Source: Candidatus Eiseniibacteriota bacterium
GTDB lineage: Bacteria > Eisenbacteria > RBG-16-71-46
Direction of reading: 5' to 3'
Assembly: GCA_041483195.1 (NCBI GenBank)
Contig: JBGPFC010000006.1
Span: 75,880 to 139,879, forward strand
Length of the DNA: 64,000 nucleotides
Under the pieces are notes generated by a model that saw only the letters and a list, made by a program, of their open reading frames with translations, did no database searches and had not been told where the DNA came from. Position numbers and translations under genes: made by a program. Of the stretch, positions 48,067-58,885 are shown piece after piece. Numbering within the stretch: position 1 is the first letter of the stretch; each line of letters opens with the position of its first letter.

Positions 48067-49215
48067 ATGAAGACGCCCGAGCATTTCGCCCCGCTCCTTC
48101 CCCGCGCCCTCGCAGCTGGCGCGTTCGTTCTCGCCCTTCTGATCGGACTCTTCGCCATCGCGCTCGCGGCCGACGCGATGCTGCTCGCCATGGTGGCCAC
48201 CGCCGCCGAGGGCCCGTCCGCGACCCCGGAACGCTACACGCTCGAGGGCGGCGATGTCGTCATCTACGACCTCGCCGGAAAGGTGCGGCTCGGGCCCGGC
48301 GATGGACATCAGGTCGTGGTGCTGGTTTCGCGCGGAGGACGCGACGCGAGCCAGATGCGCATCGTGACCGGGCCGCTCGCCGGCGCACAGACCCTGCGCG
48401 TCATGGTGCCAGGGACCCGGGTCGTCTACCCCGAGCTTGGATATGGCGGCTCGACCAACTTCCGCGTGCGGGGCGACGGCACCTTCGGCAACCGCGATAC
48501 CAAGTTCTCGTTCGGCACCTACCGCAACGTCACGATCGCGGGCTCCGGCTCCGGCACCGAGGCCTACGCCGATCTGCGCGTCGAGATCCCGCGGGGCCAG
48601 CACCTCACGCTCCATCTCGCGGCGGGGACCGCGGAGGCCACGAACGTCGATGGTCGCATCGAGCTGGACGCCGAGGCGGCCGACGTGTCGGCGAGCGGCG
48701 CGCGCGGCGATCTCGCGATCGACACGGGCTCCGGCGCGATCGAAGTGACCGGCGCGGAGGCCAGGGTCACGCTCGACACCGGCTCCGGCGACATCCGCGT
48801 CTCGAAGATCCACGGCACCCTCAGCATGGACACCGGCTCCGGCCGGATCGAGGGATCCGGCATCGACGTGGACCACCTCAGCGCCGATACCGGCTCAGGC
48901 GACATCGAGCTTTCGGGCGTGATCGCGCCGATCCTCGCCATCGACACCGGCAGCGGATCGGTGACGCTCGCGCTCGACGCGGACGTGAGCGAGGTCAGCG
49001 TGGACACCGGCTCCGGCAACATCACGCTGCGACTGCCGGAGTCGCTGGGCGCGCGCCTCACGGCCGAGACGTCGAGCGGTGGGATCCGAAGCGAGATTCC
49101 ATTGCAGCTGACGCGTCACGACGGCGGCTCGTTCGAAGGCACGATCGGTGACGGGCGCGGGCGCATCGCGCTCGAGACCGGATCCGGGAGCGTGCGGCTG
49201 CTGGCTCAGAAGTAG
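48067..49215 (+). CDS. DUF4097 beta-strand repeat protein (DTGSG repeats)
   Basis: N-terminal TM/signal; six DTGSG plus ETSSG and ETGSG repeats at about 19-21 aa spacing. Confidence 0.87.
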   Translation: MKTPEHFAPLLPRALAAGAFVLALLIGLFAIALAADAMLLAMVATAAEGPSATPERYTLEGGDVVIYDLAGKVRLGPGDGHQVVVLVSRGGRDASQMRIVTGPLAGAQTLRVMVPGTRVVYPELGYGGSTNFRVRGDGTFGNRDTKFSFGTYRNVTIAGSGSGTEAYADLRVEIPRGQHLTLHLAAGTAEATNVDGRIELDAEAADVSASGARGDLAIDTGSGAIEVTGAEARVTLDTGSGDIRVSKIHGTLSMDTGSGRIEGSGIDVDHLSADTGSGDIELSGVIAPILAIDTGSGSVTLALDADVSEVSVDTGSGNITLRLPESLGARLTAETSSGGIRSEIPLQLTRHDGGSFEGTIGDGRGRIALETGSGSVRLLAQK

Positions 49216-49270
49216 CGCGGCGCTTCGATCGGCGCTCGGAGCGGATGCGCGGACCGGCCGGCGGCTGCTC

Positions 49271-49678
49271 TCACTCTCCGTGGCGATGCGGCGCGAATCC
49301 GGGGATGAGCCCGACCGGAGGCGGATCGTCGAACACCACGCGCCGCTCGTGCCGGCGCGATCGCCGATAGCTGTGGCCGGCGGGGTCGCGATCGATGAAG
49401 CCCTCGTCCACCAGCTCGCGGCGCAGCGAAGCTCGATCGATCTCGAGAAAACGTCCGGGCCCGAGCAGGAAGTCGGCGATCCGCGCATTCGCGTCGATCT
49501 CGCTCAAACGGTCGTCCGCCGCGAAGCGTTCCGCGATCGCGTGAAGCACGATCCAGCGATCGCGCTGGCGCCGCGGGAGGGTGCGCGTGAGTCCGCCGCG
49601 CGCGAGCAGCGCGCGAATGCGTCGCGCGTACTCGTCTCCGCCGATGCGCAGCGGCGCCGGCTCTCGCGGGGTCAACAT
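49271..49678 (-). CDS. DUF2087-like winged-helix protein
   Basis: LP.RQRDR.IVL..IAERF....LSE.D.N..I...[16 protein letters not shown]...G..Y; start overlaps the GH63 stop. Confidence 0.75.
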   Translation of the reverse strand: MLTPREPAPLRIGGDEYARRIRALLARGGLTRTLPRRQRDRWIVLHAIAERFAADDRLSEIDANARIADFLLGPGRFLEIDRASLRRELVDEGFIDRDPAGHSYRRSRRHERRVVFDDPPPVGLIPGFAPHRHGE

Positions 49679-52395
49679 TCCTCGGCCCTCGCGATGCGAG
49701 GCGGCGCGGCCCCCGCGACGCCGCCCGGCTGCGAGGCGCGCGCCCGCGCGAGATCCTCGATCAGTCCCACCGCGAGCGCGGTCCAGCCGGTCTGGTGGGA
49801 GGCGCCGAGCCCGCGCCCGCTGTCGCCGTCGAAGTACTCGTGGAACAGCACGAGGTCGCGCCAGGCGGGCTCGGCGGCGTGGCGCGCCTCGCCCAGGCTT
49901 ATGCGGTGGCCCGTGGCATCTGGCAGGAACAGGCTCGAGATGCGCCGCGCCAGCTCGCCAGCGACCTCCGCGAGATTCATCAGCGTTCCGGAGCCGGTCG
50001 GACACTCCACCCGCAGCCGGTCGCCATAGAAGTGGTGGTAACGCTCGAGCGCCTCGATCAACAGGTAGTTGAGCGGGAGCCATACCGGGCCGCGCCAGTT
50101 CGAATTCCCGCCGAAGATCCCGCTGCGGGACTCGCCGGGCTCGTAGTCCACGCGGTACTCGACGCCGTCCGCCGCGAACACGAACGGGCGCTCGCGATGG
50201 ACGCGCGACAACGAACGCACGCCACCCGGCGAGAGAAACTCGCTCTCGTCCAGGACGTAGCGCAGCACGCGCTCGAGGCGCTCGCGCGATGGGATCGCGA
50301 GCAGCCGGCGCGCGTGCCCGTCGTTCCGCTGCGTGTCCATGTATGCGATGTGGCGGGCGAGGTCGCCGCGATTCTCGAGGAACCACCTCAGGCGCTTCGA
50401 GAACCCCGGCAGCTTCGCGATCACGGCCTCGTCGAGGTTCTCGACGGCGAACAGGGGGATGATCCCCACCATCGATCGGATCCGGAGCGGAATGCTGGCG
50501 CCGTCGACGTGGAGCTGGTCGTAGTAGAAACCGTCGGCGTCGTCCCACAGCCCGCACCCTCCGAGCGCGTTCATCGCGTCGGCGATCGCCACGAAGTGCT
50601 CGAAGAACTTGCTCGCGACATCCTCGTAGGCCGGATCCTCGTCGGCCAACTCGAGCGCGATGGACAGCATCGTCGAGCAGTAGAATGCCATCCACGCGGT
50701 GCCGTCGGCCTGCTCGAGGTGGCCGCCGGTCGGGAGCGGCTTCGAGCGGTCGAACACGCCGATGTTGTCGAGGCCGAGGAAGCCGCCCGAGAACAGGTTG
50801 TTGTCCTCGAGATCCTTGCGATTCACCCACCACGTGAAATTGATGAGGAGCTTCTGGAACACGCGCTCGAGGAACAGGCGGTCGCGCTTTCCGCGAGGGC
50901 CGGTCATCTTGTAGACGCGCCAGCAGGCCCACGCGTGGACCGGAGGATTCACGTCGGAGAGCGCCCACTCGTACGCTGGAATCTGCCCGTTGGGGTGCAT
51001 GTACCACTCGCGCAGGAACAGCACGAGCTGATCCTTCGCGAAGGACGGATCGATCGCGGCGAACGGGATCATGTGAAAGGCCAGGTCCCACGCCGCGTAC
51101 CACGGGTACTCCCACTTGTCCGGCATCGAGATCACGTCGCGATTGTGGAGGTGCGGCCAGCCGTGATTGCGCCCGAGGCGCCGCTCCGGCGGCGGCGGGG
51201 GCTGTGCCGGGTCCCCTTCGAGCCAGTCGCGCACCACGTAGTTGTAGTACTGCTTCGACCACAGGAGCCCGGCGTAGCCCTGGCGCACCACCGCGCGTTC
51301 CTCGGCGGTGGCCGCGCCCGGAAGGCGGGCGTCGAAGAATTCGTCGGCCTCCGCGCGGCGCCGCTCGAACAGCTCGTCGAAGCCGTGGCCCATGGCGGAG
51401 GCGACCGGCTCGCCCGCGGGTCCGAGCCGCAGCCGCACGCTGAAACGATCGCCGGCCGGGATCTCGACGTGGTAGTACGCGGCGGCGCGGGTGCCCACGC
51501 GCGCCGGGTTCACCGCCGCCGACCGCCCGCGCACGACGTAGTCGTGAAACGCGTCCTTCGCGAACGGCGCGGCGTGCGGGTCGTCGAACAGGCGGCGGCC
51601 GTTGGTCTCGTTCTCGGTGAAGAGCAGCGCCGCCGGGCGCCCGAAGGGGCCGAGGCCCACCGCCAGCCGCAGCGCGCCGAGCGTCGCGTGCTCGGCGAGC
51701 AGCGCGTTCTCCGGTCCGCGCGAGATCCGCGGGCGCTGCCAGTAGCCCTCGCCGCTGCGACCCCAGCTCCAGGTGTTGCGAAACCAGAGCGTGGGCAGCA
51801 GGTGGATGTCCGCGGCTTCCGGGCCGCGGTTCTCGATCGTGATGCGGATCAGCACGTCGTCTGGCGAGGCCTTGGCGTACTCCGCGGTCACGTCGAAGTA
51901 GCGGTTGCCGTCGAACACGCCGGTGTCGGATAGCTCGAACTCGGGCGACGAGTTTCCGCGGGCGCGGTTCTCGTCGATGAGCCGCTGATACGGAAACTCC
52001 GCGTGCGGGTACTTGTAGAGCGCCTTCATGTAGGAGTGCGTCGGCGTCGAGTCCAGGTAGTAGTAGCACTCCTTCACGTCCTCGCCGTGATTCCCCTCCG
52101 GCCCGCTCAGACCGAACAGCCGCTCCTTGAGAATCGGATCGCGGCCGTTCCACAGCGCCAGCGCGAAGCACAGCCGGCACTCCCGGTCGGTGATGCCGAG
52201 CAGGCCGTCCTCGCCCCAACGGTAGGCGCGGCTGCGCGCGTGGTCGTGCGGAAGGTAGGCCCAGCTGTTGCCGTCGGCCGAGTAGTCCTCGCGCACCGTG
52301 CCCCACTGGCGCTCGGAGAGGTACGGGCCCCAGCGTTTCCAGTTCTGCTCGCGACGCTCGTCTTCCGCGAGCCTCGCGAGCTCGGCGCCGGACAT
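49672..52395 (-). CDS. MGH1-like (GH63) glycoside hydrolase/glucosidase
   Basis: [81 protein letters not shown]. Confidence 0.93.
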   Translation of the reverse strand: MSGAELARLAEDERREQNWKRWGPYLSERQWGTVREDYSADGNSWAYLPHDHARSRAYRWGEDGLLGITDRECRLCFALALWNGRDPILKERLFGLSGPEGNHGEDVKECYYYLDSTPTHSYMKALYKYPHAEFPYQRLIDENRARGNSSPEFELSDTGVFDGNRYFDVTAEYAKASPDDVLIRITIENRGPEAADIHLLPTLWFRNTWSWGRSGEGYWQRPRISRGPENALLAEHATLGALRLAVGLGPFGRPAALLFTENETNGRRLFDDPHAAPFAKDAFHDYVVRGRSAAVNPARVGTRAAAYYHVEIPAGDRFSVRLRLGPAGEPVASAMGHGFDELFERRRAEADEFFDARLPGAATAEERAVVRQGYAGLLWSKQYYNYVVRDWLEGDPAQPPPPPERRLGRNHGWPHLHNRDVISMPDKWEYPWYAAWDLAFHMIPFAAIDPSFAKDQLVLFLREWYMHPNGQIPAYEWALSDVNPPVHAWACWRVYKMTGPRGKRDRLFLERVFQKLLINFTWWVNRKDLEDNNLFSGGFLGLDNIGVFDRSKPLPTGGHLEQADGTAWMAFYCSTMLSIALELADEDPAYEDVASKFFEHFVAIADAMNALGGCGLWDDADGFYYDQLHVDGASIPLRIRSMVGIIPLFAVENLDEAVIAKLPGFSKRLRWFLENRGDLARHIAYMDTQRNDGHARRLLAIPSRERLERVLRYVLDESEFLSPGGVRSLSRVHRERPFVFAADGVEYRVDYEPGESRSGIFGGNSNWRGPVWLPLNYLLIEALERYHHFYGDRLRVECPTGSGTLMNLAEVAGELARRISSLFLPDATGHRISLGEARHAAEPAWRDLVLFHEYFDGDSGRGLGASHQTGWTALAVGLIEDLARARASQPGGVAGAAPPRIARAEEC

Positions 52396-52584
52396 TGGCG
52401 GATCCTCGGGAACGGGTCATGCGCTCGGCCGTCGCGTCCATCGCGCGGGCCTCGCGTCGTCGCACGAAGCGCACATTTGACCACCACGGCCGCGCCCTGT
52501 CTATCGCGAGACAAGCCGCGTGGATTCCGGTTATGCTGGGGCATTCGCGAAGTGCCACGCCGGACCCGAAGGGAACCCCCGCCC

Positions 52585-54861
52585 TTGCGCTTCCTGCCGC
52601 TCGCCCCGGTTTGCCTCGTGCTGCTCGCGGCGCCGCTCGCCGCGGGGGAGGTATTTCACGGCAGCGCCCACGCGCTCCGGGCTTCGCCCCGCCGGGTGCC
52701 GCACGGTCCGGTCGTGGACGGCGCGCTCGACGATGCCGTCTGGGCCGAGGCCGCGGTGCTCGATTCGTTCACGCACTGGAACCCGGTCGAGGGCGTCCCC
52801 GACACGCTCGGCACCGAGTGCCTCCTGCTCTACGACGACCTCAACCTGTACGTGGGATTCCGTTGCCGGGAGGATCCGAGCGGGCTGCGCGCGCCGCTCG
52901 TCACGCGCGACGATCTGAACGACGACTTCGCCGGCATCGACCTGGACACCTACAACGATCGCTGGAAGTCGTATCTCTTCGGGTGCGATCCGAACGGCAT
53001 CCAGATGGACGGCGTGTATCAGGAAGGGGGCGGCGATCCCGACACGAACCCCGACTTTCTCTACGTCTCGAAGGCGCGCCGCACCGCGGCCGGCTACGAG
53101 ATCGAGATGGCGATCCCGTTCAAGACGCTGCGATTCCCGTCGCGCGATCCGCTCACATTCGGCTTCAACGCCTGGCGAAACGTGGGGCGCACCGGCGAGC
53201 TCATGTTCTGGGCGCCGCTCACGCGGAACATCAGCAGCCTGCACGCGCAGTACGGCTGGCTCGAGGGTCTCGCCGGCGTGCGTCCGGGCCGCAGCCTGCA
53301 GATCACGCCGACCTGGACCGGCTCGCGGCTGGGCGATCGCGATGCAGGCGGCAGGCTGGCCGATCGGGCCAGGTCGCGCGCCGGCGGCAGCCTCGCGCTG
53401 GGCCTCGCGAGCAACCTGACCGCGGATCTCGCCGTGACGCCCGACTTCAGCCAGGTCGAGGCGGACGCCGGCGTGGTGGACATCAATCAGCGCTTCGCCA
53501 TCTACTTTCCCGAGAAGCGGCCATTCTTTCTCGAGGGCAGCGAGATCTGGAACACGCCGCTCGATCTGGTCTACACGCGCCGCATCGCCGATCCGCTGTA
53601 CGGCATGAAGCTCAGCGGGAAGGTGGGGCGCACCACGATCGGCGTGCTGCACGCGCTGGACCGGAGCGCGGGCGACAGCGTGGAGACCCTACCCCAGGGA
53701 CTCAACCCGTATCGCGATCACGACGCGCTCTACGACCTGGTGCGCGTGAGGCGCGAGGTGCTGAAGAACTCCAGCGTCGGCCTGCTGCTGGGCGACCGCG
53801 AGCAGCAGGAGACCTACAACCGCGGGATCGGCGCGGACGGGCGCTTCACGTTCGCCGAGAAGTACAGCCTCGCGCTCCAGCACGTGCGGAGCTGGTCGCG
53901 CGAACGCGATCTGCGCGGCGCGGTCGCCGGGCTCGATCCGGCGCAGCGCGGCGACCTCGACACGACCCTGCTCGATCTCGAGGGCCGGATCCGGCAGGGC
54001 AACGCGAGCCGGCTCTCGCTCGCGCGCGGCTCGAAGGGGCTCGACACCGGCACCAACCTCACGGACATCTCGAGACACTTCGCCGCCGACATGGGTTTCA
54101 TCCAGCGCACGAATCAGATCGACGCCCAGACGTTCTTCAACCCGCACTTCTACTCGAACGGCCGCTCGTGGTTCACCGAGGTCACGCCCGCGGCGTTCTA
54201 CGAGCGCACCTGGGAGCACGGGGACGATCGCTGGGCGGGCCGGCTCGCGGATGAGACCCTGAACCTGGGCGTCAACCTCGACCTGCCGCTCAACACCTGG
54301 CTGAAGACCTGGGCCCAGCACGGATTCACGCGATTCGACGGACGCGAGTTCCCGCACCAGCGCAGGTGGGGCCTGGACGCGGGATCCAGCCGGTATCAGG
54401 CCGTGGGCGGCGAGATCTCGATGAGCGCGGGCGACGCGGTGGTGTTCGACGAGACCGTGCCGGGGCGGGGGCGCGACCTCTCGTCGCGACTCAACCTGCG
54501 CTTCAGCCGGCGCCTCGACGCGGAGCTCGACTTCAACGGCAGCATCGTCGAGCGCCGCGAGACCGGCACGCGCTTCGCCGACGTCGCGATCTCGCGGGTC
54601 CGCATGAGCTTCCTGTTCGACAAGGAGCTGTCGCTGCGCTGGATCAGCGAGTACCGCTCCGAGCGCGACTACGACGCCCTGGGCGATGGGACCGAGGGCA
54701 AGCGCGCCCTGTCGCTCGATCTGCTGGGACGCTACTTCGTACGGCCGGGAACCGCGGTGTACGTGGGCTACGGCGCGCGGATCGAAGGCGCCGAGGCCCG
54801 GGGGATGATCCCGCACACGCGCAACGCGTTCGTGAAGCTCAGCTACCTCTGGCAGGAGTGA
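52585..54861 (+). CDS. DUF5916 protein (CBM9-like N-terminal domain plus probable outer-membrane beta-barrel)
   Basis: [39 protein letters not shown]...[16 protein letters not shown]-terminal FVKLSYLW. Start uncertain (TTG 52585). Confidence 0.87.
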   Translation: MRFLPLAPVCLVLLAAPLAAGEVFHGSAHALRASPRRVPHGPVVDGALDDAVWAEAAVLDSFTHWNPVEGVPDTLGTECLLLYDDLNLYVGFRCREDPSGLRAPLVTRDDLNDDFAGIDLDTYNDRWKSYLFGCDPNGIQMDGVYQEGGGDPDTNPDFLYVSKARRTAAGYEIEMAIPFKTLRFPSRDPLTFGFNAWRNVGRTGELMFWAPLTRNISSLHAQYGWLEGLAGVRPGRSLQITPTWTGSRLGDRDAGGRLADRARSRAGGSLALGLASNLTADLAVTPDFSQVEADAGVVDINQRFAIYFPEKRPFFLEGSEIWNTPLDLVYTRRIADPLYGMKLSGKVGRTTIGVLHALDRSAGDSVETLPQGLNPYRDHDALYDLVRVRREVLKNSSVGLLLGDREQQETYNRGIGADGRFTFAEKYSLALQHVRSWSRERDLRGAVAGLDPAQRGDLDTTLLDLEGRIRQGNASRLSLARGSKGLDTGTNLTDISRHFAADMGFIQRTNQIDAQTFFNPHFYSNGRSWFTEVTPAAFYERTWEHGDDRWAGRLADETLNLGVNLDLPLNTWLKTWAQHGFTRFDGREFPHQRRWGLDAGSSRYQAVGGEISMSAGDAVVFDETVPGRGRDLSSRLNLRFSRRLDAELDFNGSIVERRETGTRFADVAISRVRMSFLFDKELSLRWISEYRSERDYDALGDGTEGKRALSLDLLGRYFVRPGTAVYVGYGARIEGAEARGMIPHTRNAFVKLSYLWQE

Positions 54862-54866
54862 GACTC

Positions 54867-54961
54867 GCGGCGCGCGGATTGCCCGCGGAGGCCGCGAGCG
54901 GCGCGCGGATGCGCCCGCGGAGGCCGCGAGCGGCGCGCGGATGCGCCCGCGGAGACCGCGC
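54867..54961. repeat. Three tandem ~32-bp GC-rich repeats between convergent genes
   Basis: Unit GCGGCGCGCGGATGCGCCCGCGGAGGCCGCGA at 54867-54897 (1 nt shorter), 54898-54929 and 54930-54961; no spacers. Confidence 0.85.
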
Positions 54962-54986
54962 GCCGCCCGCGTAGTCGCGGCGACCG

Positions 54987-55418
54987 CTACTCGGCGGGCT
55001 TCTCCCCCGTGTACTTCACGAAGATCGCGCGGATGCGATTCTGCTCGTGCACCGTGGTGGTCGATCCGCCCGAGGTCGTCGTGTACTCCTTCCCCTTCTT
55101 GCCCTTGTGCTCGGTCGTGGTCTCGTTGTAGTCCGTGGACTCGCCGGTCTTGATCCGCTCGAGCCCCAGGATGATGACCGCGTCCGCGCCCTTCTCGCGC
55201 GCCTTCTCCACGATCTTGTCCTGGACTTTGTGCGTGCTGAGGAACGATTCGGAGGTGGCGACCAGCTCGCCGATCTGGCGGTACGGGCGGCCGACGTTGC
55301 TCTCCGAGTAGAAGAGCGCCACGTCCTGCGTGCGGGGATACGATTCGCCGACGTAGTCGAGATGGGCGCAGCCGGCGGCGAGGGCAAGGAGCGCGAACAG
55401 CAGCAACGTGCGTTTCAT
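54987..55418 (-). CDS. Small lipoprotein (YbjQ-like fold possible)
   Basis: Lipobox LAAG-C after MKRTLLLFALLA; RPYRQIG.L, KAREKGADAVII; GGAGG ribosome-binding site. Confidence 0.8.
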   Translation of the reverse strand: MKRTLLLFALLALAAGCAHLDYVGESYPRTQDVALFYSESNVGRPYRQIGELVATSESFLSTHKVQDKIVEKAREKGADAVIILGLERIKTGESTDYNETTTEHKGKKGKEYTTTSGGSTTTVHEQNRIRAIFVKYTGEKPAE

Positions 55419-55563
55419 CGGGCGGCCTCCGAGAAGGAAATGAAACCGGGGAGGCCGAAAACCTAGCACACTATCTCCGTGCGCCCCGCACGGTCGATCG
55501 GCGCGAGGCATCGTGTTCGAGAAGCTCAGCGACCTGTGCGGCTGTGAGCATGTTGCGCTGTTT

Positions 55564-57168
55564 CTAGCGGGCTCGCCGGCGAGGTGCGCCGCTTCGTTCG
55601 AGGGCAGCACCCCAACTCGCGAGAAAGCTCGTGATGAAGGAATGCTCCCGAGCGGACTCTACCGCCAGCGGGGCAAGCGCCATGGCCACCGCGAGGGCGA
55701 CGTGATAACCCTCGGAGCGCGAGGCCGCGGCCCGGCGAAACGCGGGATGCGCCTCGTTCACCCAGACCGTGGATTCGACGAGGCGTGCGAGCTCGGGATC
55801 GTCGGCGCGTGCGTCGAACTGAATGCTGAGCCCGTAGTGAGCGGGACGCTTCGCGCGCTGCGGGCCGGGGAGCGTCACACCGGGTGCGGCCTCCTGAGGC
55901 GACACAGCGGCCGCGGCATCATGCTCCGAGCCCAGGGCCGCGGCCTGCGTGCTCGATCGCGAATCACGGTTCGCATCCGCCACCGCATCCGCCGGCGCTT
56001 CGTGCTCGGACGCGCCGACGATGGAAGAGGCCAGAACCGCCCGCGCATCCGAAGCCGCTCCGGGACCTCCGATCGGGAGCCTCCGCTGCCCCCCCGCACG
56101 CCGCTCGACCAGGGAGGCGAGCAACGGAAAGTCATCGGCGAGATCCACGAGCACGCTCTCGAGATCGCGCTCCAACGGGCGAGCCACGCGCCGGCGCGCA
56201 TGTTCAGCCTGCTCGCGCGAGTCGCCCCAGGCCGCGAGTTGCTGCGAGACGGCTTCCTGGATTGCCTTGCGGTATGCGAGGTAGATCGCCCCGCGCGGAC
56301 CGGTGCGGATGAAATCGCCCTTGTTGAGCGTGAGACATTCCGCGAGCGCTGGCACCTCGATGGTGCCGCCGATCGATTCCGGCGTGGATGGCGTCACTCC
56401 CAGCCAGTCCCAACCGCGCTTGATCACCTTGCCCAGCGTGCTGATCGCGATCCCACGTCGTTCCTCGCCGAGGCCCCGGGCCTCGCGCACGATGTAGCCG
56501 AGCGCGGAAGGCTTGCGCTTGCGCGCGAGGCGGATCTCGAGCGGAGCTTGCTCTCCGGATGGCGTGGCCTCACGAGTCAGAGCCCGGCCGTTGATCTCGA
56601 AGCGAATTTCGTGCGGATAATGCGGAGCGAGAATCGGGCGAAATCCGGGATCGAGCAGCGGCTCGAAGTGGCGGCGCAGTGTGCCCTCGATGTACCCCGG
56701 ATCGAGCAGCGGCGCGAGCGCGTTGCGCAGGCGGAGCCGGACGGCGGTGCCGCGATCGTTCACTAGGCCGGGCGGCGGAATCCATTTCCACGGCGCCTTG
56801 TGTCGTGAGGCCATGTGCCAGAGGGTCGCGATATGGGACGACGCGCGGCGCGTCTCGGTCACCACGTCCTCGCACACGAGCAGCCCGAGCTTGATCCCGA
56901 CGCCGGCGAACCCAATGCCCTCGCCGCGGGTCTTGCCGCTGGCGGCCACGTCGTGATACCGGGCGAGTTCGCGACGCTGCATGCCGGAGCCGTCGTCCAG
57001 CGCGGTCAGCGTCGCGGTCGCCGCATCGGCGGTGAAAACGATGTGCCTCGCGCCGGAGTCGAGGGAGTTGGCGACGATCTCGGTGAGAATGGTCTCATCA
57101 AGCGAGCCCGGGTAGGCGTCGCGCAGATCTTCGAGGAGGTGCAGTAGGTCGACGCGGGTCTCACCCAT
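55564..57168 (-). CDS. GHKL (HATPase_c, MORC/MutL-like) ATPase domain protein
   Basis: EIVANSLD (N box), DDGSGM (G1), GIGFAGVGIK (G2), GTAV; ATG 57168 overlaps the upstream stop. Confidence 0.85.
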   Translation of the reverse strand: MGETRVDLLHLLEDLRDAYPGSLDETILTEIVANSLDSGARHIVFTADAATATLTALDDGSGMQRRELARYHDVAASGKTRGEGIGFAGVGIKLGLLVCEDVVTETRRASSHIATLWHMASRHKAPWKWIPPPGLVNDRGTAVRLRLRNALAPLLDPGYIEGTLRRHFEPLLDPGFRPILAPHYPHEIRFEINGRALTREATPSGEQAPLEIRLARKRKPSALGYIVREARGLGEERRGIAISTLGKVIKRGWDWLGVTPSTPESIGGTIEVPALAECLTLNKGDFIRTGPRGAIYLAYRKAIQEAVSQQLAAWGDSREQAEHARRRVARPLERDLESVLVDLADDFPLLASLVERRAGGQRRLPIGGPGAASDARAVLASSIVGASEHEAPADAVADANRDSRSSTQAAALGSEHDAAAAVSPQEAAPGVTLPGPQRAKRPAHYGLSIQFDARADDPELARLVESTVWVNEAHPAFRRAAASRSEGYHVALAVAMALAPLAVESAREHSFITSFLASWGAALERSGAPRRRAR

Positions 57169-57766
57169 GGGGATCCTCGCGGACTCCTGGCGGACCTGAG
57201 GAGTCGGGCCCGGCTTTGCGAAGGCAGTCACGGTAAAACGTCAAAATGTCCGGGCGCTCGAGCGCCCTCGCGAGCTGCTCGACCAGCGGATCGAGGTAGC
57301 CCCGATCCAGCGAGCGGGCCTGGCGCAGAATGACACCCTCGACATCTTCACGGTCTCGCGGCCTCTCCGAGCTCAGCTTGAGAAGGATCAGGTCTTCCGC
57401 GGTGCAAAAGCGGATGGCCCTTCCGCCCACGTCGACCCGGACCGCGCGCTCGATCGCCCGCGTCACGAGCGGATGAAATTCGGGGATCAGGTCGATCGGA
57501 ACGCCTTCTCTAGTTCTCAGCAGCACGATTCCGTTTTTGCGTGCGAACTCAAGCGGGTCCGGTGAGCGGGACTGGAACCGGGCGGTCGCCATCCTGATGA
57601 ATTCGGGAAATGAAGCCTCCCCCACGCCGACGGAAACATCGAGATCCTGCGTGAGGCGAGGCCGTCCCCAATGGAGGTTCGCGAAGCCGCCGATGACCAT
57701 GTAAGGAATCCCATGCTCGTCCAGAAATTCCGCGACCTGAACGAGCGCCGCTTCGAGATCATTCAC
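57161..57766 (-). CDS. Pol-beta superfamily nucleotidyltransferase (DUF6036/AbiEii-like)
   Basis: IPYMVIGG.A...G.PR.TQDLDV, EDLILLK....RPRDREDV; GTG overlaps the upstream TGA. Confidence 0.85.
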   Translation of the reverse strand: MNDLEAALVQVAEFLDEHGIPYMVIGGFANLHWGRPRLTQDLDVSVGVGEASFPEFIRMATARFQSRSPDPLEFARKNGIVLLRTREGVPIDLIPEFHPLVTRAIERAVRVDVGGRAIRFCTAEDLILLKLSSERPRDREDVEGVILRQARSLDRGYLDPLVEQLARALERPDILTFYRDCLRKAGPDSSGPPGVREDPHG

Positions 57767-58854
57767 TTGAGCAAGCTCAGACGGCCAAGGATTTGGCATG
57801 TCCTGCGGATTTGCTGAACGTGCCCTTCGTCGATGGAGCCCTTCCCCCATTCAGGATCGTGTGTTCGGGCCAACTGCCAGGCCTCCCACATCCAAGCGAG
57901 TACACGGCCGTAATCAGCGTCCGTGTGCTGCGCCTCATGCGCCTCCCATGACGAGAAGCGTTTCCACGAGCTCCGCGAGAATCGCAGAGGCCACCTAAGG
58001 AGCAGATCGTCGCGAGCCGCGGAGTCGATTTGCTCGTGGCCATGCTTCCAGTTGGCGCCGAAGATCCGCGAGTCCCGCTTGAGCTCCCAGAGATCCCACG
58101 GTTCTCCATCCGTCTCGACGAGCCACACACGATCGGGAATCGCGTCCTGGAGTCGTTCCAGCTCTGCCACCAGTGCGCTCGCGACTGCCGACGCGTTGGC
58201 GAGCTGGATGTCGTTGGACTCGAGCACCAGAATGGTCGTTGCCCCCGCGCGAGACATGCTCTCGAGCTTCGGCAGCTTCGCCTCAAGGGCCTGCCGAATC
58301 CTGAGCCTCCGGCGCCCCTCGAGGTCATCGGGAACGAAATCGCTGAAGGACAGTGTTCCGTCCGAGTGAGCGCCCCGGGCGGGCCACCGAAACAGGGCAA
58401 CTTTGAATGGCACTCCGTCCGGCCGTTCCCGGACGAAATGACGCGGAGCCGTCTCGGGCGAGCCCATCTCAAGCCCGCCGGCTCGGGCTCGCACCCAGTC
58501 GACGAGGGCTTTCAGGCTTTTCGGATTCGGCCTGAACCCTCGCACTGCCCCCACTTCGAACGAGAGCGTGTAATGGCCCGGCCGTGGAAGCTGGCCCCGG
58601 AGTTCGGCCACAAGTGCTTCCACCCACTCCTGGGTTTGATGGTAGTGCTCAATCTGGCCGGGGAAGCTCTCAATCCTTGTGAGCTCGAGGGCAAAGTGGG
58701 TGGACGAAGATTCGAACACGAGATCGACGGCAGGATTGCTCCGATCGGCCTCATCGGCCCAATGCAGATTAGAGAACGTGAGCCCATCGCGCTGCTGAAT
58801 GGTCTCGAGCACCGCAAGGCACACTCGCTTCTCATGATTCAGAGGCGCTGCCAT
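57763..58854 (-). CDS. Hypothetical protein, possible PD-(D/E)xK-like nuclease with helical C-terminal extension
   Basis: PAVDLVF...FALELT near the N-terminus; K..KL...TILVLES.D; lower GC; GAAAGG before ATG 58854. Confidence 0.6.
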   Translation of the reverse strand: MAAPLNHEKRVCLAVLETIQQRDGLTFSNLHWADEADRSNPAVDLVFESSSTHFALELTRIESFPGQIEHYHQTQEWVEALVAELRGQLPRPGHYTLSFEVGAVRGFRPNPKSLKALVDWVRARAGGLEMGSPETAPRHFVRERPDGVPFKVALFRWPARGAHSDGTLSFSDFVPDDLEGRRRLRIRQALEAKLPKLESMSRAGATTILVLESNDIQLANASAVASALVAELERLQDAIPDRVWLVETDGEPWDLWELKRDSRIFGANWKHGHEQIDSAARDDLLLRWPLRFSRSSWKRFSSWEAHEAQHTDADYGRVLAWMWEAWQLARTHDPEWGKGSIDEGHVQQIRRTCQILGRLSLLK

Positions 58855-58885
58855 GTCGTCGCCTTTCACCCTAGAACCTCGGCCC

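Noticed and set aside
54867..54961. Possible mini CRISPR array
   Set aside because: Repeats abut with no unique spacers, and there are no cas genes in the window.
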